Below, piece after piece: positions 38,055 through 50,582 of a stretch of 64,000 nucleotides of DNA. The notes under the pieces are model-generated. The model saw nothing but the letters and a program-made list of their open reading frames with translations, had not been told where the DNA came from and searched no databases. Each line of letters begins with the position of its first letter. The first letter of the stretch is position 1. Both the position numbers and the translations under genes were made by a program. The DNA comes from Orbicella franksi (lineage: Eukaryota): contig OZ116699.1 of assembly GCA_964199315.1 (NCBI GenBank), forward strand, positions 15,314,001 through 15,378,000, read 5' to 3'.

Positions 38055-38880
38055 TAGATATTTCCTTTTGGTTAGATTTCTAGTTGTATTGACTGTTTGT
38101 CAAAGTCGAGGCGAAAATAAAAATGCACGAGCGAAAAGACGTCAAATTCTCTGTCTGTGCGTGGTGCTCTTCTTAAAATTTTTCTTGAGCTTTAATTCTA
38201 TTTTAAGCGCAACCTATATGAGCCAAAAAGCAGCGTGACATCATGTCTGGTAATGTGAAAGCCGAAGAAACTGAATCTGAGAAACGGTTGAGTCTGCGCA
38301 AGCTAATATACCATAGAGACTATTGTATAAGACCCAGAACAGACAAGAAACGAGACAAAGATTTCTATCTTAAACTGCACGCTTAAAAACTATCCTATTC
38401 AAAAGATTTTTTTTCCTGCGCAACTTTCGTGGGTTAATATAAATAAAAAAGAACTTATAATAAATACCTCCTGTATGTGACAAAATCTCAAGAGCCCTGT
38501 GAGAAGGTAACAAAAATTCCCTCCCATCTCGTTTTCCCTAACCAACCCCACAGGGAAGGAAACAGATCACGTTTTGCTGAATATCAACGAAAATTTGATT
38601 AAGGCTAATTTGTGGTTTTAAAAACAGTTTTAAAAAGTATTTAGCTTTACCAATTGGAATACTTTGCCTTTTATTCCTACGTAGAAACCGTCGGCATCCC
38701 ACGGGTTTTACGAGGGGTTTTATGACCTTCCCTTTCCGTTATATCGAACCGCTTCCGTCTTGATTGCCTCCCACTGGAAACTCCGCGTGGGACAATCAAG
38801 ATACCTAAGAGCTATTAAAGACTATCTCGTGGTAAGAATTCCTTTGGAAACACACGTTAACATTTGTCGAATACCTACTG

Positions 38881-39252
38881 AGGCCCCCTTCCACAGTACG
38901 CCGGAGGAATCTGAAAACGGAGGTTTCCGACTCTGAAAACGCATCGAATGTTTTCCGTCCACACTACGCCGGAGGAATTTGAAAACGCAACAATCACCGG
39001 TAATTTTGGATTTGTGTTTGAAGAAAACTCGGGAAATCACATGATTATTGTGATGTCATCGCTTTCGAAAAGTTCCGTTTTCAAAATGTTTTTCGCCCAC
39101 ACTAAAATGCAAAGCCGGCGTTTTCAAATTCCTCCGGTTTGAAGAGCGTTTTGGAAAAGCTCCGTTTTCGTGATGGGTTAGTGTGGACGGTAGGCCTAAC
39201 CGTAGAAATAAAGCTGCGTTTTCAATTCCTCCTGCGTAGCGTGGACGAAGCT
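38881..39252. mobile_element. PIF/Harbinger-like non-autonomous element
   Basis: Termini AGGCCCCCTTCCACAGTACG ... CGTAGCGTGGACGAAGCT; internal repeated CCACACTA / TGAAAACG motifs in both orientations. Confidence 0.6.
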
Positions 39253-39402
39253 ACTCGATTGTTACTCCACGCACATCAGGCGCTCGTTGTATACAGCCGT
39301 GTATAGCATGATATACATTTCATTGTCTGATATTGGATTAACTGTTACTACTTGTCACCATGACAACCATGAAGATCCGGTCGGTACACTCTTTTTTGAT
39401 GA

Positions 39403-39850
39403 GAATATTGTTTTTCCGGACCAGGCTGAATATTCTTATTTTTCTGCCGTGTTTAGTCAAAAAACACTCTTTTGAATATTCTTAGATTATAAGAATACAA
39501 AGTGGACAACGTCAGATTATCTGTCCTATTGTGACTTTGATTGCACGCTGAGGTAATTTTGGAGCCAGGCTGCAGGTTGATAAAAGCTTAAAAGCTTGAT
39601 ATGACGCACGTAACTTCTTGCAGAGATGTTATTAGCATCAAACATGCGGCTAGTGCTGTTTTTGGTACTTTTTGGCTAGTTATGCCGTTTAGAGAAATAA
39701 TTTTTATCAAGTTTAATTAAACACATATAATTGTATTGTATTTACAAATTTTCAACCCACAATTATATTCTTTTCAAAATCTCGGCCTCAGGTTTATGAA
39801 ATTTCGCAAATTTCAGCCTCAATATTCTTATAAAATATGCCAGTTCTTAT
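39403..39850 (-). mobile_element. Inverted copy of the repeat at 35146-35582
   Basis: Reverse-complement collinearity with 35146-35582. Confidence 0.7.
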
Positions 39851-40382
39851 ATCACAAAGGGTGCATTGACCCTCTGACAAAACTGTTGGAGCCAAGGTGA
39901 CTTCCTTGCATATACAAAGCACAGTTCAGTTCAGTTCACAGACGACAGGCGTCCTGTTGGTTCATGAACTATCGTGTTTCAGAAATAGATACACTCTTCC
40001 GGCCAGAACGATTTCAGATGTACACCTAGCTAATTGTATCAGACAGCGTAAGTGTTTTAGACACAAATAATTAATATAGTCTGTATTTATACAGGAAGTA
40101 TTTCATCGGTTAAATAAATCGAAATTACACCATAAAATAAGATAAAGATAATCGGCTTTAAAGGAGCTCAGTCACGGTTTGTGCATATTGAAAAGTTTAG
40201 CCTCAATTTTTCAAATTCGTCGTTTGTAATCCGTGTCAATCTTCTCCATCCTTAGCCATCCTTGTTCCTTTATGATTTATCATTATCTCTTTGGTGTTTT
40301 TCTATGTTATTAAACTGTTATTTTTAGACTATGTACGCTCATTCTTGACCTTGGTGTATAAATAAACGAATAATTATTCTAG

Positions 40383-41222
40383 CAGGGCTCGAAATTAACT
40401 TTTTCGTTCGGGAGCCAGCTGGCGACTAACGGGAAAAATTTGGTCGCCAGATCGTAAATTTTGGTCGCCAACTTATTTTATATATAACTCACATGAGAAC
40501 ACTAACATGATTTTGTACGTTACTTTGATGCAAGAAAGTCACAAATGAAGAGCTGAAACTTTTGAAAACAGCACGAGTAAGACTTATAAACTGTTACAAA
40601 GCTACCGTTGTTCTCAGATGATGTCTCTGGTTCGCAGGTGATGGTTTTTCTCTAAGTTATTTTAAATGGAGCGAAGCACAAAAACTTTTACGTCCGTGGT
40701 TTTCATAATGACACAAACACGGGTCCTTTCGTATTTCTTGAAAACGCAGTTCTTTATTTTCGTCGCCTTTCGCCGCTGATAAACAACACTGTGCTTGGTC
40801 TAGGCTCCTACACAACTGATCACATCTGCCGCCATTGTTCTCGCGTCAACTGAAAAGCGCACGGTGTTGTAGTGTGCCCGCGATCCCAGTTTTGGAAGAG
40901 GCCGCTGAAACAATATGGCGCTTGGTAAACGCAGTTTCGACGTGTCGAAGTAATTTTTACAATTACAAGTAATTTTTACGATTTTCTTGTAATATTCAGA
41001 CATTATTTTAGTGGGGACGGAAAGGTGAATTGTCTACTAGCTACCAGATCCGAATAATTTCCCTATCTAAAGATTTAAAAACAAAAGTTGTGTTGTGGTC
41101 ATCTTTACTTATCGTACAAATCGCGAGTCGCCAGCTCAGTGGCGACCAGTTCTGAAAATTTAGCCGCCAATGCTCAATTTTTGGTCGCATTGGCGACCAG
41201 TGAGTCGCAATTTCTAGCCCTG
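40383..41222. mobile_element. hAT-like MITE (CAGGG termini)
   Basis: TIRs CAGGGCTCGAAATT / AATTTCTAGCCCTG; clustered subterminal TGGCGAC/GTCGCCA motifs at both ends; TCTAG on both flanks. Confidence 0.75.
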
Positions 41223-41260
41223 TCTAGAATGTTCTACTCGCAAATGGTTACAAACGCTGG

Positions 41261-41779
41261 ATGTTTAAAGTCCCTTCTCGACCCAGCCCTACAAGTCAGG
41301 AGAACAGAACCTCGGAGACACCTAAACCAACCTCCGTAGGCCTGCCTTATGTGTCTGGACTCTCAGAACATCTTAGTAGAGTCTTTAGGGCACAAGACAT
41401 CCGCACATACCACAAGCCTTACAACACGCTGATGTCCATCTTAGTCCAACCCATAGACAGGACACCAACTGAAAAGACGGGCGTGGTATACGACATCACA
41501 TGCAACGATTGCGGAGAGCATTACATTGGCGAGACAGCGAGAACTCTGGAGAAGCGACTGGGTGAACATCAGAAACAAACAACATCTGCAATCCGGGAAC
41601 ACCAGTCTCAGGCCAACCACGAGATCGACTGGGAAGGAGTCAAGATTCTTAATAAAGAGTCGGTAGATATCAAAAGGAAAATCAAGGAGGCCATCCATAT
41701 CAGACGTCAACGCCCGACACTGAACAGAGACGGGGGCTATGATCTTCCCGCCATTTTTTTACCATCTGTTGTCACGTGA
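41261..41779 (+). CDS. Penelope-like element ORF C-terminus, GIY-YIG endonuclease (5'-truncated)
   Basis: LPYVSGLSE, GVVYDITCNDC, YIGETARTLEKRLGEH, SAIREH, IDW, R.IKEAIHI, LNRDGG; upstream in-frame NGYKRW typical of the PLE RT-EN linker. Confidence 0.92.
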   Translation: MFKVPSRPSPTSQENRTSETPKPTSVGLPYVSGLSEHLSRVFRAQDIRTYHKPYNTLMSILVQPIDRTPTEKTGVVYDITCNDCGEHYIGETARTLEKRLGEHQKQTTSAIREHQSQANHEIDWEGVKILNKESVDIKRKIKEAIHIRRQRPTLNRDGGYDLPAIFLPSVVT

Positions 41780-41819
41780 TTAAACAATTTGCATTCACGT
41801 GACAACGTGAGCTCACTTT

Positions 41820-41857
41820 AATCCCTGATGAAGACTGTACGACACAGTCGAAAGCTT
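41820..41857 (+). ncRNA. Hammerhead ribozyme core of the Penelope element (stem I partner missing)
   Basis: CTGATGA-A-GACTGT(ACGAC)ACAGTC-GAAA-GCTT: conserved core, 6-bp stem II and palindromic AAGCTT stem III. Confidence 0.7.
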
Positions 41858-42083
41858 TGTTTACAAAATTTTTCAGACCTTGTGACAAGAATAATTGTTC
41901 GTTTGTTATTTTCAGGTTTCCTACCATTTAAAGGTAATTTTGTACGTGGCCAAAATAACTCGAAATACTGTGACTGAACCCCATTAAAGATTGGTGTATC
42001 ATATATAATGTGTGATAAGGCATTAAGCTAAAAATCCCATAGCACTCGAGTAGCGATCTCTCCCTTGTATCGTAATACTGCTA

Positions 42084-42230
42084 GAGCGTTCTTAATTGAG
42101 TCTCGTAGAACAAAAAACAAACTAATTACTTATCAATTAGACAACTCAGCAAATCTCAAGCCGTAATAAAACCAAAACTAGACCCACAATAATTGCCTGA
42201 TTACTTTCGACACTCAGTTGAAAACTACTA
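42084..42230. mobile_element. Short copy of the GAGCGG MITE family
   Basis: TAGAGCGTTCTTAATTGAGTCTCG ... TTACTTTCGACACTCAGTTGAAAAC. Confidence 0.6.
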
Positions 42231-43040
42231 TATCTTAAATCTTTATTTGTCTCATTAACTGCGATAAAGTTCTTTAAGTGTTAACCAAAGATTGTCTATG
42301 GTTCTTATCCAGGACACCAGCTCAGATTTGTAGATTAGTTAACATGCAGTGGCTATGTTAGTCTCCTTCTTAGCTCAGAGTACCGAAATGGCGGCTGTAA
42401 AACTGTACAAACACAAAATACATCCTACCATAAACAGCATTCACCTTCACTACCATACAGTTTAGTGTGAGGGGAGAATTTGCCGATATTCATGACCATA
42501 AAAAAGCCAACAGTTAGCAGTCAAGTAAAAGTCCAATGACCATGGTAACCACCTGTCTATCTGTATCATCGTGTAACACCTTGTAGTAAGAACTACCTGA
42601 AGTTGTAAGTAGTTAATATTTACGAGCAGAATAACTGACTGCCTATGATGGAATAGCCTAGAACAACAATGAGCTCATTGGCAGCCAATAGGGGTTTAGG
42701 TTTGCTAAACGAAATATTAGAGCACTTGTTTAGAGTCTAGCATAAATACAGGTGTTTTGTAAATTGTTCTTCGGTTACGCTCCCGGTGTTGGGATGCCGG
42801 ATACCACTTTCCCGCATTGGTTATGTTTTACGTTCTGAGTACGTTACTGGATTAAACTCTTCTGTTGGACCCAAGTAACTGTGTATTCTCTATCTTCCCT
42901 TTGGATTGTTTTGCTGTAACAGATCCCGAGTCCTCTAGGAGTCTGACAAACTCCGTCGCTGCAAGCGTGTTTCCCTCTGGACTGTTGTAACAAGGATAAC
43001 AACTTAAGCGGCCCAAAAACCTGTTATCACATTAGGTATT

Positions 43041-43340
43041 AAGGTAGGTAAAGTCTGCATGCGAGCCAAGTGGTCCATCAGGCCGGAGCTTATCCCGGTT
43101 TCTGTAGCATGAAGCGACTAGGAGTATCTCTACTCCCCCCTGGATGGGATGCTAGTCCATCGCAGGGTTACCCCCAGCATTAAGTTCGCCGGTACCCATT
43201 TATACACCTGGGTGGAAAGAGGCACTGTGAGAGTAAAGTGTCTTGCCCAAGAATACAACACAATGTCCCCGGCCAGGGTTCGAACCCGGACCGCTCGATC
43301 TGGAGAAGAGCGTACCAACCATGAGGCCACCGCGCCTCCC
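43041..43340 (-). mobile_element. tRNA-derived SINE with CORE-like central domain
   Basis: Minus strand starts GGGAGGCGCGGTGGCCTCATGG (A box), then GGTTCGAACCC (B box), then CTTGGGCAAGACACTT (CORE/MIR-like); ends in an (ACCT)n tail. Confidence 0.88.
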
Positions 43341-43598
43341 TATTTCATCGATTAATGACGTCTGGCAACTACCAAGAGGTCTCGTTGATACAGATGGTTG
43401 GCGAGTTTGTTATCAACGTTATGAGTGATTTAATATTTATCCGCTATAGGCTACACTGCAGGCTACAGCACAACAGGCGAAAGGGCCTAGCGCGCGAAAG
43501 GGCCTGTTTTATAGTAAATGGTTTGAACCCGGGAGTATCAGTAGTTCGTAAAGTGTGATCGTCCGGGTGAATGTAGTTCTGAAAAGAACTGTTGTTGG

Positions 43599-43643
43599 TG
43601 ACTGACGTTTCGACAACCTGAGCGGAAGTCATCTTCAGAGTCA
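43599..43643 (-). ncRNA. Minimal type-I hammerhead ribozyme within a Penelope-derived short element (about 43511-43647)
   Basis: 5'-TGACT CTGAAGA T GAC-TTCCGCTCAGGTT-GTC GAAA CG TC^AGTCA-3': 5-bp stem I, CUGANGA and GAAA core, palindromic ACGT stem III, GUC cleavage triplet. Confidence 0.88.
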
Positions 43644-44391
43644 AGTATTACGTATTACTTCTAGATAATTACCAGGTCTGAAAATTTCAAGTGACACAAC
43701 GAACATTCGTCTTTGGAACAGTTTAGAAGCCATTTTGTCCCGCCCATCGCAATAGCTTTGTCAGCGGAATGAATCGTGCAATCGTTATGAAAATTTGTAA
43801 TAAACATGTAAAAGCTTGGAAATAAGAAACTCGAATACTTGTTCCAGTGTAATAAGCTACTGGACTGAGAGACAAGAAGCAACGATTGCCAATTCAGGCA
43901 AATTCGTATAGTATCTAGTGGTTTGTTCTTATGAAAAACTCGGAACCATTGCATTCTGGAAGAGTCGAGACTCTACTTGGTTCTTTACGGTGTTGCGTCA
44001 TCAGAATGGAATGTTTCGGCGGGCTTCTCAGAAAGCTGCTTCGTGGGGGTATATATCTTAAGCTGACAACAACGGGAGTCTATAGTTGGGGATAAGGCGA
44101 AGCTGACAAGTATGAAGAGGTTACTATGAGCGGTCATGCAAAATTTCACTGACGAACTCACACAAACGGGTGAACCGTTTGTGAATGTTTCAACTGTATT
44201 AATGATTTAACTAACCATAATCAAGCCACATACAACCCCAAAATAGCGAATGAAAACTGGAAAACGCAGTCACTGTTGTAACGCAGTCTGAATACAAGGT
44301 ACACACGTCAGATAGTCTCCACGTGGATGCAAAGAGTTACCTCTGAAATGGTCAAGTTGTGCTGTTCAAAGTCAAGTATGAACTCACTTAA

Positions 44392-44625
44392 AGGAGCTCA
44401 GTCACGGTATTTTGAGTTATTTTGGCCACATACAAAATTACCTTTAAATGGTAGGAAACCTGAAAATAACAGTTTAATGAGATATAAAAACAACAAAGAG
44501 ATAATAATAAACCATAAAGGAGCAAGAATGGCTAAGGATGGAGAAGATTAACACGGATTACAAACGACGAATTTGAAAAATTGGGGCTAAACTTTTCAAT
44601 TTGCGCAAACCGTGACTGAGCTCGT
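44392..44625. mobile_element. Intact TTAA-flanked (Kolobok-like) MITE
   Basis: TTAA|AGGAGCTCAGTCACGG ... CCGTGACTGAGCTCGT|TTAA. Confidence 0.85.
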
Positions 44626-47600
44626 TTAAAAGCTTAGCTTTAAAGCGATTAAAAGTTCACTATCTCTAATTTTCCCTGGGTAAATTTGACATTGAACATA
44701 TGACTCTTAATTGGATGAAACTGAACTCTCAGATCAAAGTGTGTTTCGCCTCTCTATTCACCAAACAGCACAGTTCCAAAGTTCCGAACTTGCGCATTTT
44801 GTCATCGAATATCACGATAACCGGCAATTTTCTGCTAATAGTGGATAAGCTATCCGGAAATCGGCTTGCTTTACAATTTACACCCGTCTTACAATAAAGC
44901 ATGACAAAACCCGCAAGAAATTGCTGTGCATCTTAAGAAATGCGAGCCTCAGACTGTGAAAAGATGTTTCGAGGTTTCAGTGACGTGTCGAGCTAATTGT
45001 GCAAACAATGCTTTCAACAGAATACGCGAGTTGTATTCTTGAAAAAGAAAAAAAAACGGTGCACAGTTTCTCAGCCAGATTGACCACACAGTTCTGGATT
45101 GCCGGGTCGCCGGAATGTGGACCACTTTAGATAGTCCAAAAAATCACGCCTCTAATATTGAGGTTTTGTTCCTTTGTATAAGCGTAGAAATAATAGCTGT
45201 TTTAATGCTGGGTTCGCTTTTCTCCCTTCAGAAGTCCGCCTTTTCAGAGGTGAAACTATCAAGAACAGTAAAATATCGTCTAAAGGACCTATGCTTCTCA
45301 GTTTAAACAGAATTGAATTTCCCAGTTGGAAAAATGGCCTCACAAATGGGTCCACTGTCGTTTCACAGATGTCTTATTTCACTAGCATACTATTTACTTA
45401 TCATTGTTAAGTTCCGCTCATTCACAGCTCTTGCTGTCTCTACTGGGCCCTATAAATGACTCCAGTGCAGAATTGAAGCTCGTTAATAAATTACAAGAAA
45501 CAGTTTTCAACTAGCAAGTACAGCTCGCTGAAAAAGTAGTCAGGGATGTTAACATCCATAACGTCTGCTTTTTTGATCTTGTAGTAGCGAAAGGCCTCGG
45601 GCACCGAAAGATGTGGTCGGCTTTTAACGCTAACAAGATCATAGATCAGGACCCCCCCGACTAATGTTTATGTGTGGGATTAGGCTTTGTGAACTACTGT
45701 TAAAAGGCTCTAATCCGACAATAAAACACAAGCAAGTACTTCAGAAAGAATCAACAGAGCCCTAAACTATTTCAAATGCGGTTTATGCAACGAGTGTGGT
45801 AAATTACGCATACCGCCTTCTGACACAAATGGGCAAAGATGAGTTATTGCTCACCGTGTTATAGCACTTTGGTTAGGCGTAAATGTCAAGTACAGCTTCC
45901 ATGGGTGAAAAATCCTGAATACTGAAATTTCTCAATTGTCAAAAATTTGACAAACGTGCTCTAAGACTGAAGGAAAAATGTAGTTTCCTAGTTGTCAATC
46001 TTATAGCTGCGTGACATCGTAGGCTAGCTCAGCTTGAGACACGTTTAAAAGTGGAAGCTTAATCCGACCACGTGAGTCCATTGCATATCGCTGACATTGC
46101 GTTTCCGCGGAGCCCAATGGAATTTACAGTGAACACATCCCGCGCGACATTTGTCGAGTACAAAATGACTCTAATTATCAGTCTTCAAGTAATGGAATGA
46201 TACAAGAAAGGGCAATTACTTTAACAGAAGCGTCTGAAGACGTCCTAGCCATAACGACTAGTCAATGCTATGTGAAGAAGCGACGTAACAAAATGACACG
46301 TACCCCGGAGAGAGTTGCCACAGAATTTATGGGGTTCAATGACTTGGCGTCACATACCGGGTTAAGAATGATGCGTGGCTAAGAAAGGCAAACTCTTACA
46401 TAAACGAATCTCTAAGTACAGCACGAGTGAGGCCAAATGGAAAACCATAACGTCGTTTTAAAAGTCAGCCGAGTACTTCAGAAGGCGTAGGCTCCAACCC
46501 GTCCGGCCATGCATGACTTTTCTCAAGACACAATATTTTTAACTGCGTTTTGTGATGTAAAACGGCACCAGGCTAAAACTGTTTTGAGCTAGATAGTCAT
46601 TTATGGAATCAAAATAAAACGCCCGAAATATTAGAGGTACTTAAATTATGGTGAGAATTTGTTAGACAACATCAGTGAATTTCTGCGCATTTTTGCACAA
46701 TACGACTTACGTGGATGGATTCTCAAAACTTCGACAATGTTTGAAGTAACTCTTATGGTTCCATGTAATACCTTTTCAATTCTAAAGCAACACGGAATCG
46801 CATTTCGCCGACGTTTGACGATGAAAAGATTAAACATTTATGTTGTATCTCCGACTAAAGTCACTCCGGCATTAACAGGTATTCGAATAGCTTTCCTTTT
46901 GTATATATTTCGCCAGTTTCTAGTGTACTGCAATGCAAGCATAAGTTTCCCTTCTTTTGAGAGTGTTGCTTCAAAGGATATTGCATATTTCAAATTAAAG
47001 AAGAATTTGCTTTATAGGATGTTGCAGAATTCAAATCTAACAAGAATTCTGCCTTTCTGATACATAACTTTTGCACTTTAAAAAACGGCCGACCAGAATT
47101 CGATAGCACTCTCTTAGCTTGTACTTCAAGATGGCGGCTTGAATTCCCACACTCTAGGTTATTATCTACAGTATTCCTCTCATATTTTTCGTGGTCCTTA
47201 ATGGAGTGCTCTCAATTTTGTTGCATGTGAAGGGGCGGCGAGATCGTTACTAAGTGTCTACGAATTACTATGAAAGTGTTTGCCAGCATTGTGTTTTTAA
47301 TTGGTCTTAATTGCTACAGTCATTTCTCGCATGACTTCGCCAAAGAGAAAGGCAGCCGATACAAAATTATAACGACAAGAAGCTAATGGCTAACGGATTA
47401 TAAACAAACCGCAGATCTCGTGACTTCTTATTCGAAAGATGGTAATAAAATTAAGATGTTTTCGTTGATCTGCTAATGCTGAACTACAAGTATGAAGGGT
47501 TTCTTTTTGCCTCGGTTTGATTGGCCACCTTGTACGTTTGCGCGGAGTTCGCGAAGAAATGGCTCGCTCAAAAATATGCTTGTTCACGAGTGTCTTCATG

Positions 47601-50582
47601 GTTTTGGCACGCGCTGACTTGGCAAATCACACATAAAACGGTTGGACTACCTTTTTTTCACTCTTTCAGTTGAGAGGAAGCTTTCAAAAAACTCTTTCTC
47701 GCACGTCGTACCTTGATAGAACAATTACAACCACCCAGATATACAGGCCTCTATGGTATCGCACGTTCACGTCCGGTCTTGCGTTTTCCTCACAACAGAA
47801 GTTTCTCAATAACTCACAAACTATTCCAGCTTACCTTGAACGAAAGCTTTGGCAACATGTTCTCAGTGGTGGACTGCATTCCAATTACATAGTCTGAAAA
47901 AAATGAGTGCTCCCAAGCCAACGAACTACCGGGCCGATATCATCAGTCAGAGACACACTTTAGATGACAAACACGGCTCTGACTGTTTTCAAGGAGCTCT
48001 AATTCGGCAACAGCCCGAGTACCTCCTACATGGATATTCAGACTAAAAAACAGACACTTGACGAGATCGCTGCAGACAACTCGTGATGTATGTTATTTTT
48101 ACTCGCACAAAGGTGAACCGCTTTTTCTACTCCTTTGTACCCATTACAAACTCATTATCCCAGATTAAACTGTTCACAATTTATTTTAAAGCTAATTTTT
48201 CGCCTCTTCAATTCTCAGCCAAGCGTGTCCAGCCCATAGAGGCGGTACAACTCATCACGTGCACGATTTGTTCTGTACAGCAGGCTTGCCCTTGCAATAA
48301 TCACCCAGAAACGGAAACTTCATGTAAGGTTTTCACGCTGCGCTAAACCCTTCACCCGCTAAACAAGAGTAATCTGTAATATATAGTTTGTGCTCTGCTA
48401 TCCCTTTGTGTGAATCTGTGTCAGACGCACTACTTTGCATGTCGGCTTACTTTGTTATATTGGAGTCAATAAAAAAGAATGTTTGTATGGCGGAAAGATT
48501 CACTCTAAGCACCCCACGCGATGGAGCTGGGAACAGCGAATCGTACGTTAGATTCATGAACCTTCATTGCTAATTTGGCGTGAAACAGCGCTCTTTGGTC
48601 ATAAGAAAATAATGTCTTGCTGATGTCTTCTTTGTGTAATAAAGATATTAAAAGAAACCGCAAGAAAACATTAACACAGTATTAAACACGTACAACAGAA
48701 GTTTTGTTTAACTGGAGATGAAGTTTAAGGTGACTGCATAATGGAACTAAATGGGATTATACAACATCTTGAGTTGATAAAAAGACGGTGTACTACTAGA
48801 TTTTCCGTAGATAAAATCTACCTGTCAGTTTTATCAGTTGCGGTGTCATGTGGTCGTACTGAGGCAGTTATTTGGTCAACCCTTAATTTCCCGCCGTGAG
48901 TTGCTAATTCGCTTTTGGAACAGCCAGCTGTCTTTTTTAAGAAGAGCGCGCACTGACTTTACCTCTAGTGTAGTACAAGGAGATTATACGGTTTTCAAGG
49001 GAAACAGGCACTTAGAGATCTTACGGCGCTTAAATCAAACTGATTGTATGTTTTCAGATCTAGTTAAAGTAGTGAGTCTTTTACTACCTGAAATGATGCT
49101 GATGCGATTTTGAGTGTATTCCTGTAGAACATTTAAATGGATTATGAAAGTCTCATAAGTATTCTAGGTCCAACTCAGTCACGTTCTGCTCTCATGACTG
49201 AAGGTAAAAGTTAAGTGCAGTCCAAACTGAACCAAAAGTTCACAGGAAGTTTACTGTTTACTGTCTTTACGAGCATCAGGAAGTTTTCTTGTTTACTTTT
49301 TGTGCCAAATTAAAGAGAGTTTTCTAATCTCACCTTAAATGGGGCTTTGTATTTACTTTGAAATAAAACTGGGCAGGATCTGAAAACAATCCTGTTTACT
49401 TCGCAATTCCATGTGCCGCATCTTATGATAACATGGTAGTGGCGGCATTTAAAAGAGTATATTTCAAACAAGCGGGAAAGAAATCTCTTGCAAGAACCAT
49501 TTATAAAAATACCAACTGAAAAGAAGGCAGTTTCGAAAAGAGGCATTTGATTTGTTGAAAGTAACTCGCAATTAAGTAAACATTCTTCTAACGTCTTTTG
49601 GTTTGTTTTTCAGTTTTATTTGGTTAAAAAAAGGAAAGAAAACGCAAAAAGCATTACTAAGACTCTGCCATTTGTCAACCCGAGCACAAATACGTGAAAC
49701 GTGTAGAATAAGTCAGATACAATACCACATGCATATCAAAGACACCGCCTAAGATGGTCTAGTCTTTTGCAAAATAATTGATCAAATTGAAACTAATTAC
49801 CATTTATTGACCGGTTAATAATTTCAATGCTAAACCCATTATGTACGGAAGTGATTAAAACTAGAAAAGTAAACACGAGATGGCTTTGTTATTTATAGTG
49901 TCGTACTGAAATTATTTATAGCTTTGCTTGCAACCTCTGCTAATTATATTTATATTCTACCTCGAGGTTCTCGTTTCCCAGTAAAAGATAAGCGAGAGAA
50001 AAAGGTACCAAGAGAGTCTAATAAAAGAAGGCGGAGTTGAATCGCAGGTTTGCCGAAAAATGTTCTTATTTAAAATGAGTAAAATGATTGTTGACTGCAA
50101 AAAAGGAATAGTCTTCTTTTGTTTGCCATTGATTTAATAATTGAGGCCCTATTTTCCAGTCTAAGGAGTTGGGTGATATAATGATATAGACGGTATAATG
50201 AAGTTGCGGTACGGAGTTTGCCCGAAGACTAGTCAATCAGTCAAACTATTGGGAAGCAGACGAAAGAGAGCCCGAATTTCCCTGAGATCAGAGTATTGAG
50301 AAATAATGACTGAAACAGAATTACGATTTGGGAACAAAACTGTTCGGAAAGCATGACTATTCATCGTTGCAGTCATTGTAATAGAGATAGATCTATTCAG
50401 TTGTAGGGTAGAAGGAACTTAACGGATGCTTAGAACGTTATCTGATTGGGATGTCTTCAAATCCTGACCCCGTTTAGGGCTAAATCCCGTCATTTTGCTA
50501 CCCTTTAAGACAAGAGGCTATATTTTGTAACCCGTTTAATTAACAAACAACGATTAAAATTTTGAGCACGGGCTGGCCACTG

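Larger units (their letters stand above)
40162..41983. mobile_element. TTAA-flanked (Kolobok-like) MITE split by a 1.58-kb insertion
   Basis: Left part 40162-40327 and right part 41904-41983 together equal the reverse complement of the intact copy at 44392-44625; TTAA on both outer sides; 12-bp duplication TGTTATTTT(T/C)AG at the break. Confidence 0.85.

Noticed and set aside
43255-43340. tRNA-like A and B boxes
   Set aside because: No cloverleaf or anticodon arm; it is the head of the SINE, not a tRNA gene.
44150-44195. CTGACGA plus CACAAACGG/CCGTTTGTG hairpin
   Set aside because: The spacing is wrong and GAAT replaces GAAA; not a hammerhead core.
45491-45670. About 60-codon minus-strand open frame with protein-like text (PEAFRYYKIKKADVMDV...)
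   Set aside because: No homology recognised and its acceptors are phase-incompatible with the nearest candidate exon (47835-47893).
46659-47060. 133-aa ORF in the intergenic region
   Set aside because: TTG start, no motifs and no exon context; within chance expectation for six frames over 64 kb.
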